Of a stretch of 64,000 nt of DNA, positions 50,419 through 60,496 are shown piece by piece. The stretch's first letter is position 1. Each line of letters starts with the position of its first letter. A program made the translations under genes and the position numbers. Under the pieces are notes generated by a model, which worked only from the letters and a program-made list of their open reading frames with translations, ran no database searches and was not told the origin of the DNA. This DNA comes from an uncultured Verrucomicrobiae bacterium (GTDB taxonomy: Bacteria; Verrucomicrobiota; Verrucomicrobiia; Limisphaerales; Palsa-1400): assembly GCA_963764165.1 (NCBI GenBank), contig CAVXRD010000001.1, positions 1,632,001 through 1,696,000 of the forward strand, given 5' to 3'.

Positions 50419-53400
50419 GTGAACGGCGTCGCAAAACCATCGGCAATAATCGCCCTCCTGCTCCTGCCATTGTTTCTTGCTTTCCAGGCTGGCGCGGTCG
50501 TTTTGTGGAGCAATTATGATCCCATCACCGTTCATGCCAACGGCCCCGGGGCCGACTTGCTTGGGGGCGCGGTAAAACGGGACGAGGCGGCCACGGACAC
50601 GCTCTATTTCAAATTCCACGTTGATCCCATTTCCGACCAGACAACCGAGCCGTACTTTGCGGCGCTGGAACTCTACGAGGATGATGTTCAACGCCTCGGC
50701 GTGGGCAATGCGCTGGACGCCTGGGCTTACAGCGCTTTCTTTCCCGGCGCGCAAAGCAGCGGCGTTCCCCCGGCCGGTTATTTGGATTTGCGCACAAGCC
50801 ATCCCGAGCCGGACTCCGCTGGGCGCACGTCGAACTACCAGTGTCCGCATCGTGGCGAGCCCGTCACGATTGTGTTCAAGATTCAATATGTTCCAAACGG
50901 CGAGGATCTCGCGACCGTCTGGCTGAATCCCGATCTCGGCCCGGGCGCCAACGAAATAAATCAGGCCGAAGCGTTGACGACTCGATTCAATGTCAACGCT
51001 TCCTTCGACGAACTTCGGCTGCGCCACGGCGGCAATGGCGGCGGCTGGATATTCAGCGATCTGGCCATTGCCACGGCCTTCAGCGATTTCGTGGATTCCA
51101 GCAGCACCCAGCCGGCGGGCAGCGTGGCCAATCTCGCTCAAAACATCGACTCGCTCCAATTTCAATCCTGGCTGAAAAACCAAGGATTGCCGCGCGTGAC
51201 GGTGGATGCCATCCAGCAAACGCGCGACGGGTATTTGTGGATTGACGCCGATGGCACTGTGGCGCGTTTTGACGGTTTGAGATTTGTTCCGCTGGCCACT
51301 CGGCCGACTGAGACAAATTCTTCCACGCGGACAATATTCGCGGACAGCCAGGGCGCGCTCTGGGTGGGTGTTTCGAACGGCTTGCAGCGCTGGCAGCACG
51401 GCGTGGCAACAGCGCTGACCCTGAACGATGGTTTGCCCAACACACACGTCACCGCCGTCAACGAAGACGCGCAGGGCAATGTCTGGATCGGCACGACCGC
51501 CGGCCTGGCAGTGTGGAACAACGGACGATTGATGCCTTTGCCTGATGCAAAAAGAATTCTTGGCCGCGCCATCACTGCCATCTTCAGGGATCACAAAAAC
51601 CGGATGTGGCTGGTCGCGCAAGACTCGGAGATTCTTGAGTTTGACCACGATCACTTTGTTCCAATCGCCGATGACGCCTTCCGGGAGTGGAAGGCTGGCA
51701 TCCACGCATTGCTGGTCGATGGCCAGGACCGGCTCTGGCTTGCCGCCGGCGAGGATGGGGTGTTGTGCCGGGACCGTGACGGCTGGCGGCATTATCGGCT
51801 TCCGAAACGCATCACCGGCTCTCGCGTCAAAGCGCTGGCGGAAGAAGCCGACGGCACAATTTGGGCTGGCGGAGCTGGCGGGTTGTTTCTGTTTTCAAAC
51901 GGGAAATTTTCCGCCGTTCCGGCCAGCAGCAAATTGGCCGGAAGCGTGATTCAGTCCTTGTTTGTGGCTCGCGACGGAGCGTTGTGGGCTGGCACGGATG
52001 AAGGGTTGAATCGCTTGCAGCACAAATGTCTTTTTCCGCTGGGACAAGGCGAGGGACTTGGCTTCGGCCCGGTGCAGGGATTGGCGCAGGTCTCTTCCAG
52101 TGTGCTGTGGGCGGCGCGGGCAGGTGACGGCATTTATCGCTGGGATGGGCGCGAATTCAGCAGGTTGAGGGCGGCGGGACTTTCAGCCCACAACTCGCAG
52201 GCCAACGCCCTGCTCGTGGCCCACGATGGCGTTTGCTGGGTCGGAAGCACAGGCGGATTGCTGCGCTACAAAGATCCCGTCGCGGCCGCGGATGAGGTCG
52301 CCTGGTTTGAACTTCCGGGAGAGGACATCATTTCGCTGGCTGAGGATCACGAAGGGGCTTTGTGGGCGGGCACAAGAACGGGGCGGCTGTGCCAATTGCA
52401 CGAAGGAGCCTGGCTCACCAACAGCTCGCTTTCAATTTCCAATCCAATCTGCGTCATCCTGCCCGACGGCAGCGGCTCGATCTGGATTGGCACAGACGGG
52501 CGCGGCCTCGTCCGAATGGATGAACACGGCGCAACTTTTTTTGGCAAAAACGAAGGGCTCGCCAGCAAGACAGTGCTCGCGCTTTATTTGGATGCGCGCG
52601 GCGCCCTCTGGATCGGCACCGCAGAAGGTTTAAGCTGCCGGCGCGGTGAGAAAATTTCGCATTTCACCGCCGCCGACGGACTTCCCGACAATCCTGTCTC
52701 GCAGATTCTCGAAGACGCCATGGGCAGGCTCTGGCTCGGCACCAGCCAGGGCATCGCTTGCGTTCCCAAAGAGCAACTGGAGGATTTCGCGTCCGGCAAA
52801 ATCGAGAGGGTTCACCCAAAAATATTTAATCACGCCGATGGCATGCCCTCGGACGAATGCACGGGCGGCTTTTGCCCCGCCGCCTTGAAAAGCCGGTCAG
52901 GGCTGCTTTGGTTTCCATCGACAAAAGGCATCACCGTCATCTCCCCGCAGAGCTGGCCGGCGCAAGACCACGCGCCCGCCGCCGTGATTGAGGAAATCCT
53001 GCTGGATGGCGTTCCCGAAAACGTGCCGCCCGACGCCACGAAACTTACGATACCACCCGGCAAGCACCGATTGGAATTGGTCTACACCAGCCCCCGGTTC
53101 GATGCTCCCAGCGCCGTCCGGTTCCGCTACAAATTGGAGAATTGGGACGCCGATTGGATCGACGCGGGCACAAGCCGCAGCGTCGTGTATAATTTCATCC
53201 CGCCCGGCCAGTATCATTTTCACATCAGCGCCTGCAGCCGCGATGGCATCTGGGCGGACGCCGAAACCGGCATTCAATTGGTGTTCGAAAGACACTTCTG
53301 GCAATCGACGTGGTTCATCGCCACCGCCGCACTCGCGCTGTTGTCCGGAGTCGGCGCGGCGGTAAGATTGGTGGAGCGGGAGAAGGCGAAGTCCCGGCTC

Positions 53401-54096
53401 AACCGCCTCGAGCAGGAGCGCGCCCTGGAGCGGGAGCGCACGCGCATCGCCCAGGATTTGCATGACGAAATGGGAGCCAAGCTGTGCCGGATTTCTTTTT
53501 TGAGCGAGCACGCCCGCCGCGACACCATCAACCCGGCGGAAATGCAGGAGCAGATCAAATCCATTTCCGACGATTCGCGCGAAGTCCTGCATTCGCTCGA
53601 CGAAATCGTCTGGGTCGTCAATCCTCTCAACGACACTCTTGAACATTCAACTTCCTATCTCGCGCAATTCGCCCAGGAGTATTTTTCGATGACCGGCGTC
53701 GAGTGTGACTTGGTCGTGCCGACGCAAATGCCGCCTCATCCGGTTTCCTCGCAGGTGCGGCACCATCTTTTTCTGGCGGTGCGGGAAGCGATGGCTAATA
53801 TCCTCAAACACTCCGCCGCCACCCGCGCCCGGATTTCCATCGCCGAGAAAAGCGGCAATCTGGAAATCTCCGTGAGGGACAACGGCAGGGGTTTCGACTC
53901 GAAGACGGAAACGCCCAACGGCTTCAACTCGAACCATTCGCACGATGGCTTGCGGAACATGACCAAACGAATCACGGACATAGGCGGACAATGCGTTATC
54001 GAGTCCACCGTTGGTGTGGGCACGACAATAACGTTTGTGCTGCCGCTCGAAAACGCCGCGAACAAGATGACTTATGATAACGGTTTCCATCGTTGA
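50419..54096 (+). CDS. Sensor histidine kinase: extra N-terminal domain, two-component beta-propellers, Y_Y_Y domain, TM helix, HisKA_3/HATPase
   Basis: D..G.LWIGT..GL repeats, FRYKLE...Y...PPGQY.F, IAQDLHDEMG, DNGRGF, GLRNM. Confidence 0.93.
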   Translation: MNGVAKPSAIIALLLLPLFLAFQAGAVVLWSNYDPITVHANGPGADLLGGAVKRDEAATDTLYFKFHVDPISDQTTEPYFAALELYEDDVQRLGVGNALDAWAYSAFFPGAQSSGVPPAGYLDLRTSHPEPDSAGRTSNYQCPHRGEPVTIVFKIQYVPNGEDLATVWLNPDLGPGANEINQAEALTTRFNVNASFDELRLRHGGNGGGWIFSDLAIATAFSDFVDSSSTQPAGSVANLAQNIDSLQFQSWLKNQGLPRVTVDAIQQTRDGYLWIDADGTVARFDGLRFVPLATRPTETNSSTRTIFADSQGALWVGVSNGLQRWQHGVATALTLNDGLPNTHVTAVNEDAQGNVWIGTTAGLAVWNNGRLMPLPDAKRILGRAITAIFRDHKNRMWLVAQDSEILEFDHDHFVPIADDAFREWKAGIHALLVDGQDRLWLAAGEDGVLCRDRDGWRHYRLPKRITGSRVKALAEEADGTIWAGGAGGLFLFSNGKFSAVPASSKLAGSVIQSLFVARDGALWAGTDEGLNRLQHKCLFPLGQGEGLGFGPVQGLAQVSSSVLWAARAGDGIYRWDGREFSRLRAAGLSAHNSQANALLVAHDGVCWVGSTGGLLRYKDPVAAADEVAWFELPGEDIISLAEDHEGALWAGTRTGRLCQLHEGAWLTNSSLSISNPICVILPDGSGSIWIGTDGRGLVRMDEHGATFFGKNEGLASKTVLALYLDARGALWIGTAEGLSCRRGEKISHFTAADGLPDNPVSQILEDAMGRLWLGTSQGIACVPKEQLEDFASGKIERVHPKIFNHADGMPSDECTGGFCPAALKSRSGLLWFPSTKGITVISPQSWPAQDHAPAAVIEEILLDGVPENVPPDATKLTIPPGKHRLELVYTSPRFDAPSAVRFRYKLENWDADWIDAGTSRSVVYNFIPPGQYHFHISACSRDGIWADAETGIQLVFERHFWQSTWFIATAALALLSGVGAAVRLVEREKAKSRLNRLEQERALERERTRIAQDLHDEMGAKLCRISFLSEHARRDTINPAEMQEQIKSISDDSREVLHSLDEIVWVVNPLNDTLEHSTSYLAQFAQEYFSMTGVECDLVVPTQMPPHPVSSQVRHHLFLAVREAMANILKHSAATRARISIAEKSGNLEISVRDNGRGFDSKTETPNGFNSNHSHDGLRNMTKRITDIGGQCVIESTVGVGTTITFVLPLENAANKMTYDNGFHR

Positions 54097-54709
54097 CGAC
54101 GAAAGCAAGCTGCGGGAATCCATCGCGACGTTCGTCAACGGCTCGCCTGGCTTCCGGTGTGTCAGCAGCTACGGCTCGGCTGAAGCCGCGCTGAAACAAT
54201 TGCCCGCCGACAAACCGGACGTCGTGCTCATGGATATCAACCTCGGCGCAGTCAGCGGCATCGAGTGCGTGGAAGAATTAAAGAAGCGCTTCCCGGACAT
54301 GCAAATCCTGATGCTGACCGTTTACGAGGACACCGAGAAAATCTTTCGCGCCCTGGCGGCGGGCGCCAGCGGCTACCTCTTGAAACGCTCCAGCCCCTCG
54401 ACTCTTCTTGCCGCCATCAAGGAAGTTCATGGGGGCGGCTCGCCCATGACGAGCTCCATCGCCCGCAAGGTTGTGGGATCTTTCCAGAAACAGAAACCGG
54501 TCGCGGATGCCAGTGGCGAAATCAAAGGCCAATTGTCACCCCGCGAGCAAGCCGTGCTGGACGGCCTGGCCAAAGGCTGGACCTACAAACAGCTCGCCAG
54601 CGAATTGGACATAAGCATCGACACCATCCGCACCTATATCCGGCGCATCTATGAAAAGCTGCATGTGCAATCCCGCACCGAGGCCGTCGCAAAATACATG
54701 CGGTCGTGA
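54074..54709 (+). CDS. NarL/FixJ family response regulator
   Basis: IVDD, VVLMDINL, GASGYLLK, LSPRE...IYEKLHVQSRTEAV. Confidence 0.95.
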   Translation: MITVSIVDDESKLRESIATFVNGSPGFRCVSSYGSAEAALKQLPADKPDVVLMDINLGAVSGIECVEELKKRFPDMQILMLTVYEDTEKIFRALAAGASGYLLKRSSPSTLLAAIKEVHGGGSPMTSSIARKVVGSFQKQKPVADASGEIKGQLSPREQAVLDGLAKGWTYKQLASELDISIDTIRTYIRRIYEKLHVQSRTEAVAKYMRS

Positions 54710-54800
54710 ATGTTTGCGCTGGCCGACGACTCATCAAAGCGCTGAAAGCGCGTCTTCGGAAGATGCCGGGGGCATCATAGATTGCAGCCCGCCAGCAGGT

Positions 54801-54834
54801 TAAAACAGCGGGCGGTGACAAATCACCACCCGCT
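54801..54834 (-). terminator. Rho-independent terminator
   Basis: Minus strand gcgggtggtga-tttg-tcaccgcccgc followed by tgtttt, downstream of the 54868 stop. Confidence 0.7.
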
Positions 54835-54867
54835 TCCAATTAGGGCTTTAATTTCTTGCCGAGCTTC

Positions 54868-57492
54868 TTACTTGCCCGCGACGCGATAGAAACGATCCGT
54901 GCCGGACGCGGTCGTATCCGTATAGCTGGCCGACGTGCCGGATGCGACGATCGGCGCACCGAGATTCGTCCAAGGGCCGGTCAGCGCTGCGGCGTATTGC
55001 ACCTGATACGTGTGGCTCGGGACAGCCGCCCACGAGAGCGTAAACCCGGTGCTGTCAGTTCCAGTGAAGCTCGTGATGGTGAAAGGCACCAGCGGCACGC
55101 TGTAGGTCAGCGCCACAATGCCGTTATTGACATCCAGCGAGTAAATGCGCGGATACTTGATCACCGTTGCGCCGTTGTCCTGGCTGTTGCCGTTGTTCGA
55201 CGGGAAAAACGCCTGGTCGAACATGTAAGGCGCCGTATTGGTCGCGGATCCGAGGACAAACAGCGAAAGATCGTTCGGAATGTCATTGAAGGTAATGCCC
55301 GCGAGAACATTGTTGATCGGATCCACCGCGATTGCGGACATGGACGAAAAGGCAGCTGCGCCGTTGGTCGCCGTCGAAATGTCCTGCAACACAGAGCAAT
55401 TGCCCGACACAGGGTCAAACGCGATCTGCCGCAGGTCATAGCCGGGGCTCTTGGCCCAGAAGGTGTTTCCAGCGCCGAAGCAGATGCCAAGGCTGCAGAA
55501 GCCGGCCGGAACTCCCGCTGTGTTGGTAATGGTCAGAAGCGTCGGATAGAACGTGACGCCATCGGGAGTCGTCATCAAAACCGCGTTCGTCGACGGGCCA
55601 CCCAAATAGCCGTCATAGCTGCCTAGGAGAATTTCTGTATTCACCCCTGCGCCTCGAACGGCCATTGTATCGCCCCAGCGATCTTCGCCCTCGGAGCCAC
55701 TTGGATCGCCAGGACCATAAGCATACTGCGGAGTCGCATTCGAATTCACGGATGACCATGAAAAGATGGCGAAGCTGCCCGCAGTGGAGCCCGTGTCAAA
55801 CAGGTTGCAGGCATAGACCACGCCGTCATCCGCCACCCCGACTTGGTCGAGATTGAATTGGTTGCCGGAGACCCCGATGCCGAGGGTGTTCATCGTAAAC
55901 AAATTTGAACCGGTGTTCGCATCAAGGACGTAGATGCCAATGTCCGTCCCTTTATCCGCCACCAAAACCGTTGACGTATTGGTGTCGTAGGCCAGGCCGC
56001 GGGTGTCGTAACTGGTCGAATCAAGATAAGGATAAGCACCCGTGCCATTGCTCGGGGCAATCTTCCAGAGCACCGAAACACCGGGGCTGGAAATTGGCGC
56101 AGTCACCGTCAGTTCAGCCGGGATGCTGGAGGTCACGCCGCCGCGGTTGGAAATGACAACGTCATACCATCCGGAGTTCGTCACGCTCAGAGGGCTCAGG
56201 GTAAAGCTGGCGTTCGTCGCGCCAACAATATTCTCGGCAGTGTCCAGATTGCTTTCGCTGTTGTACTGCCATTGATACGAAATCGGAAGAGTCCCCGTCG
56301 CGGAGACGCTGAACGAAAAGGAGCCGACGTTGGTATAAACCGCGCCGCCAGTTGGCTCGGTTGTAATCGTCGGGGGAATGGCGGCCGCCGTGTAAACAAT
56401 GGCCGTTCCTTGCAAGCCAGCGCTGGTGTCCATGGTAAAAATGGCATTTGTTCCGGCCAGGGCGACATCGCCTGTTTCGTTTCCGTTGATGGATGTGCTT
56501 GTGCCAAAGCTCGTGCCGCCCGAAACGAGCGAGGCCATCGCGCTGAAGTTTGCCGCGGGCAGGCTGTAGAGGTAGATATTGGTGGATGCATTCGGATGCG
56601 CTGCCATCAGCCCAGCCGATGCGTTATAGGAAATATCAACCCAATTGCCGGCGAAACCCGAATTGGTCGCGATCGTCGTGGCTGCAACCGGGCTGCTGAG
56701 GCTGGCGAAGTTCGACGGGAATTGCACCAAATACAAATTGCCCGCCGCGCCATCTGGATTCACCATGAATGTATTGTTCGTGTAGAATGCAAAACCAAGT
56801 TGAACTCCACTGCCTGGCGTCGGCAGGCCCGTGACTGCCAGAACTGTCGGTGTGAAATTCGTGCCGTCTGCTGTGCTCAGCAGAACGTAATCATTCTTTC
56901 CGTTGATAACGGCCAGAATCATCGTATTTGACCCACCGCCAGTGATCGCAAATGTATCGCCGATTCGAACCGACCCGCTGGCGGTAAAGTTCGCAATCGC
57001 ATCCCCTGCCGTCGTTGAATAGGCAACGTAAGGCGCCGAACTTAAGTTCGTGAAGGCATATAGTTTATACGGCGTGCTGCCATTCACGGCAGTTTGAAGG
57101 TTTGCGCCATAGAGAATGCCATTGGTGCCAAACCCAATTTTGTTCATGGCAAAATTGCCGCCTGAAATAATCGAATATCCGCTGTAATTCAACACGCCGT
57201 TGGAAGTTCCCGTGCCGCCGTCATAGAACTCAATGATTTTGGTGCTCTTGTTATTCACCAAAACTTGGTTGCTGAATGGATCGTAGCACATGCCGCGGGT
57301 ATCGTTTGCGGTATCGATGTTGTTGGTCGTTGGCGAGGCGGCCGCTATCTGCGTCCATTCGTTGCTCAACCCGTACGTCTGGGCATGGGCTTGAGGAGCG
57401 AGTCCAGCCGCAGCCAAGGCCAGGGCCGGGAGGAACTTGAGCCACGAGGCTCTGCTTTTTGTGGAGGAATCGGAGTTTTGTTCGTGTTTCAT
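54868..57492 (-). CDS. Secreted protein with two DUF4623-like propeller domains, an Ig domain and an RFYR C-terminus
   Basis: Signal peptide; two DTRG..YD...VLV / G..Y..NL / R.GDT.A..G.G.NT.IL units; SYQWQYN...GWYDVVISN Ig domain. Confidence 0.75.
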   Translation of the reverse strand: MKHEQNSDSSTKSRASWLKFLPALALAAAGLAPQAHAQTYGLSNEWTQIAAASPTTNNIDTANDTRGMCYDPFSNQVLVNNKSTKIIEFYDGGTGTSNGVLNYSGYSIISGGNFAMNKIGFGTNGILYGANLQTAVNGSTPYKLYAFTNLSSAPYVAYSTTAGDAIANFTASGSVRIGDTFAITGGGSNTMILAVINGKNDYVLLSTADGTNFTPTVLAVTGLPTPGSGVQLGFAFYTNNTFMVNPDGAAGNLYLVQFPSNFASLSSPVAATTIATNSGFAGNWVDISYNASAGLMAAHPNASTNIYLYSLPAANFSAMASLVSGGTSFGTSTSINGNETGDVALAGTNAIFTMDTSAGLQGTAIVYTAAAIPPTITTEPTGGAVYTNVGSFSFSVSATGTLPISYQWQYNSESNLDTAENIVGATNASFTLSPLSVTNSGWYDVVISNRGGVTSSIPAELTVTAPISSPGVSVLWKIAPSNGTGAYPYLDSTSYDTRGLAYDTNTSTVLVADKGTDIGIYVLDANTGSNLFTMNTLGIGVSGNQFNLDQVGVADDGVVYACNLFDTGSTAGSFAIFSWSSVNSNATPQYAYGPGDPSGSEGEDRWGDTMAVRGAGVNTEILLGSYDGYLGGPSTNAVLMTTPDGVTFYPTLLTITNTAGVPAGFCSLGICFGAGNTFWAKSPGYDLRQIAFDPVSGNCSVLQDISTATNGAAAFSSMSAIAVDPINNVLAGITFNDIPNDLSLFVLGSATNTAPYMFDQAFFPSNNGNSQDNGATVIKYPRIYSLDVNNGIVALTYSVPLVPFTITSFTGTDSTGFTLSWAAVPSHTYQVQYAAALTGPWTNLGAPIVASGTSASYTDTTASGTDRFYRVAGK

Positions 57493-57560
57493 AGTGTTGA
57501 GGTGGTCTGTTCTGCAGTTTGTCGGGGAGCGGAAGAAATTCCAATGGACATCGCTCAGAG

Positions 57561-58493
57561 CTAATTGACGTCAAAGACCGGGACGGTGACTGTCAGGCGT
57601 TTATTATCGGGATCGGAAGCCGGATTTGGGCACGGCGCCTGGTCACCCGGGGCCGGATCCGACCCGTTGTCAGGAATCGCATTGTCCTGAATGATGGCGC
57701 TGCCAAGCCATTTCCAATGCTCCGCGTGCCCATCCGCAAAGGAGAGATTGCAGCCGTTGTTATGGCGGCTGGCCGGGAGATTCCAAAAAGTTGACACCGA
57801 CGAATTCGGGATCAGAATTGTTCCGGTGGGATCGAGAGTTGGCGGGTTGATGCCGATCGCGTTGTTGTCGATGCTGTTGACCGCCTCATCGAGGAAGACC
57901 GAAGCCCCCACAGGGCTCGGCAAGTGAATCTGCGTGAAACGAACAAAGGAGCCATTTGTTGCAGTTTGCAAGGGGTTATTATCCATCCAATTCATGCCGG
58001 TGCTCATGGAATAGCTTCGATTGCGCAGAACAGGGGCGCTCGCAGAGTTCACGGTGGAAACATCCGTCGGGCAGTGGTAGATGGCGGCGCTGTTGTTGTA
58101 CGGCCAGAGCAGCCCATGCGTAATGGCGCCGGTGTTGGTATCTTGACGGACATTGCCCGACCATGAGCCCACCCCCAATTGAGTGCCCGAGGAAACCCAA
58201 GCGTCGGCACCGCAAGTGGGATTGCCCTTTGTGAAATTATTGACGATGTAGTCCTTGTAATCCCCAGCATACATCGTCCACGCGATAGTAAGCTGCTTGT
58301 GATTGCTAAGGCAGTTGGTCGACTGGGCCGCCGACTTAGCCTTGGCCAGCGCGGGCAAAAGCAGCGCGGCAAGAATGGCGATGATCGCAATCACGACCAG
58401 CAATTCGATAAGGGTGAAGCCTTGTTGGGGGCGTTTATTTATGCCCTTCCGAATAATTGGGCTCGTTCGATTAATTTTTTGGATTTTGCTCAT
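57561..58493 (-). CDS. Prepilin-type N-terminal cleavage/methylation protein with H-X9-DG motif
   Basis: [47 protein letters not shown]. Confidence 0.92.
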   Translation of the reverse strand: MSKIQKINRTSPIIRKGINKRPQQGFTLIELLVVIAIIAILAALLLPALAKAKSAAQSTNCLSNHKQLTIAWTMYAGDYKDYIVNNFTKGNPTCGADAWVSSGTQLGVGSWSGNVRQDTNTGAITHGLLWPYNNSAAIYHCPTDVSTVNSASAPVLRNRSYSMSTGMNWMDNNPLQTATNGSFVRFTQIHLPSPVGASVFLDEAVNSIDNNAIGINPPTLDPTGTILIPNSSVSTFWNLPASRHNNGCNLSFADGHAEHWKWLGSAIIQDNAIPDNGSDPAPGDQAPCPNPASDPDNKRLTVTVPVFDVN

Positions 58494-58747
58494 GGAGCGG
58501 CAAGGGACACCGTTTGCTTCAAATAAGGAGAGTGCCCGTCCACCGGCCAGGAAGTCAAGGAATTTCCCCAGGCTTTCGGCGGTTCCGCCCCCGCGTCTTA
58601 TTTTGTTATACAAATCTTCGTTTCGCTCGTTTGCTTGGTTCGAAAGCAGGGCCATGAACGGCATTTCCCCTATGCCCAATTCCCGGAGAACCCCGATTGT
58701 CGCCGTTCTCCTCTCGTGTAAATTGATTTCGTTGTTTGGGGGATAAT

Positions 58748-58789
58748 AACCCGCTTGGTGTTTGGTTGCGCCAGGCGGGTTTTTTGTTT
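58748..58789 (+). terminator. Terminator-like hairpin, best formed on the + strand (may be bidirectional)
   Basis: aacccgcttggtgt-ttggtt-gcgccaggcgggtt then ttttgttt; the three GU pairs form only on the + strand. Confidence 0.6.
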
Positions 58790-58794
58790 CAAAC

Positions 58795-59820
58795 CTAATA
58801 CGCGGCCTGCACGCCTTTGACGGCGCGCTTCTTCATCCACGGCATGAGAGAGCGCAGGCGTTCGCCAACTTTTTCGATGGAATGCTTTTCGCCCGCCTTG
58901 AGCAGGGCGTTGTATTTCTTGTAACCGCCGTTGTATTCGTTGACCCAGCCCTTGGCGAATTTGCCCGTCTGAATATCCTTCAACGCCGCTTTCATCCGTT
59001 TCTTCACGCCTGCGTCGATGATTTTCGGCCCGACGCTCACGTCGCCCCACTTCGCCGTTTCAGAAATCGAGAAGCGCATGCCGCTGATGCCGGCTTCGTT
59101 CATTAAATCCGCAATCAATTTCAATTCGTGCAGGCACTCGAAATACGCCATCTCAGGCTGATAACCCGCTTCGACCAGCGTCTCGTATCCCGCCATCACC
59201 AGCGCCGAAGCGCCGCCGCAAAGCACCGTTTGCTCGCCGAACAAATCCGTCTCCGTCTCTTCCTTGAAGGTGGTTTGGATGACGCCGGCGCGGGTTGCGC
59301 CGATGCCCTTGGCCCACGCTAGCGCAATCTTTTTGGATTGCTTGCTTGGATCCTGAAAAATGGCGATCAAGGCCGGCACGCCTTTGCCTTCAACATATTG
59401 GCGGCGCACGATGTGCCCCGGCCCTTTCGGCGCGACGAGGATGACGTTGACATCCTTCGGCGGAACGACGGTTTTGAAATGAATCGAAAACCCGTGCGAG
59501 AACAGCAGCGTTTTGCCCTTGGTCAGATTCGGCGCAATATCCGTGTCATACACGCGCGCCTGCTTCGTGTCTGGAATGGCGACGAAAATGACGTCGGCCC
59601 GGCGGACGGCTTCGCCGGTGCTCACGACTTCAAAGCCGTTCGATTCGGCAACTGGCTTGGATTTGCTGCCTTCGTAAAGGCCGATGATGACGTTGCAGCC
59701 GCTGTCCTTCAAATTCAGCGCGTGCGCATGGCCCTGTGAGCCGAAGCCCAGCACAGCGAGCGTTTTTCCCTGGAAAATGGCGAGATCTGCATCTTTGTCT
59801 GAGAATACTTTTGCGGGCAT
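58795..59820 (-). CDS. ilvC: Ketol-acid reductoisomerase
   Basis: [39 protein letters not shown]. Confidence 0.97.
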   Translation of the reverse strand: MPAKVFSDKDADLAIFQGKTLAVLGFGSQGHAHALNLKDSGCNVIIGLYEGSKSKPVAESNGFEVVSTGEAVRRADVIFVAIPDTKQARVYDTDIAPNLTKGKTLLFSHGFSIHFKTVVPPKDVNVILVAPKGPGHIVRRQYVEGKGVPALIAIFQDPSKQSKKIALAWAKGIGATRAGVIQTTFKEETETDLFGEQTVLCGGASALVMAGYETLVEAGYQPEMAYFECLHELKLIADLMNEAGISGMRFSISETAKWGDVSVGPKIIDAGVKKRMKAALKDIQTGKFAKGWVNEYNGGYKKYNALLKAGEKHSIEKVGERLRSLMPWMKKRAVKGVQAAY

Positions 59821-59889
59821 AATTTTATTAGTTAAGTGAAATGACTGTTTTTCGATTCGTTTTGTTTCAATTCAATTCGGCGGCATTGA

Positions 59890-60363
59890 CTAACGCCGGT
59901 CCAAGGCAATTTTTCCGGTGCGCGTCAATTCGAGCACGCCAAACGTGTTCATCAAGCCGAGAAATTTGTCGATCTTGCTTTCGTCGCCGGTGATTTCGAT
60001 GGTCAGGCTCTTGGGCTGGACGTCGACAATTTTGGCGCGGAAAATATCCGTCATCTGCATGATTTCCGCCCGCGTCTTGGCGTTGACCTCGACGCGCACC
60101 AGCACCAATTCGCGGTCAATGAACTCGGATTCGCGAAAGTCATGCACTTCCAGGACGTCGACCAGCTTGTTCAACTGCTTGACGATTTGATCCGCCGTCG
60201 CGTCGTCGCCGACGCTGACGATGGTCATGCGGGAAGTGTTGGGTTGATGAGTCGGAGCCACATTGAGCGTGTCGATGTTGTAGCCGCGGCCGCTGAAAAG
60301 GCCGGCCACGCGCGTGAGCACGCCGAACTTGTTTTCCACCAGGACAGATATCGTATGTCGCAT
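59890..60363 (-). CDS. ilvN: Acetolactate synthase small regulatory subunit
   Basis: MRHTISVLVENKFGVLTRVAGLFSGRGYNI, KQLNKLVDV, RTG. Confidence 0.96.
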   Translation of the reverse strand: MRHTISVLVENKFGVLTRVAGLFSGRGYNIDTLNVAPTHQPNTSRMTIVSVGDDATADQIVKQLNKLVDVLEVHDFRESEFIDRELVLVRVEVNAKTRAEIMQMTDIFRAKIVDVQPKSLTIEITGDESKIDKFLGLMNTFGVLELTRTGKIALDRR

Positions 60364-60369
60364 ATAGAC

Positions 60370-60400
60370 TAAAAATCCCGCTTCCATTTCGGAGAGCGGG
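60370..60400 (-). terminator. Attenuator terminator in the ilvN leader
   Basis: Minus strand cccgct(c)tcc-gaaat-ggaagcggg-attttt, ending a few nt before the ilvN ATG. Confidence 0.75.
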
Positions 60401-60434
60401 CAGCCTGAAAACCGGTAAAATACGTCAGGCTGCG

Positions 60435-60488
60435 TCAGTCGGTTACGACGACTCGCAGAACGTAAATTACAACGGCAATCAATTTCAT
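60435..60488 (-). CDS. ilv leader peptide MKLIAVVIYVLRVVVTD
   Basis: 17 codons, 10 of them Ile/Leu/Val; lies between a promoter and a terminator upstream of ilvN-ilvC. Confidence 0.8.
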   Translation of the reverse strand: MKLIAVVIYVLRVVVTD

Positions 60489-60496
60489 TGGTGGCC

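Noticed and set aside
50314..51792. 492-aa minus strand ORF
   Set aside because: Antisense shadow of the sensor kinase.
58494..58679. Upstream extension of the second prepilin ORF
   Set aside because: Prepilin leaders are short; ATG 58493 fits better and the extension covers promoter-like DNA.
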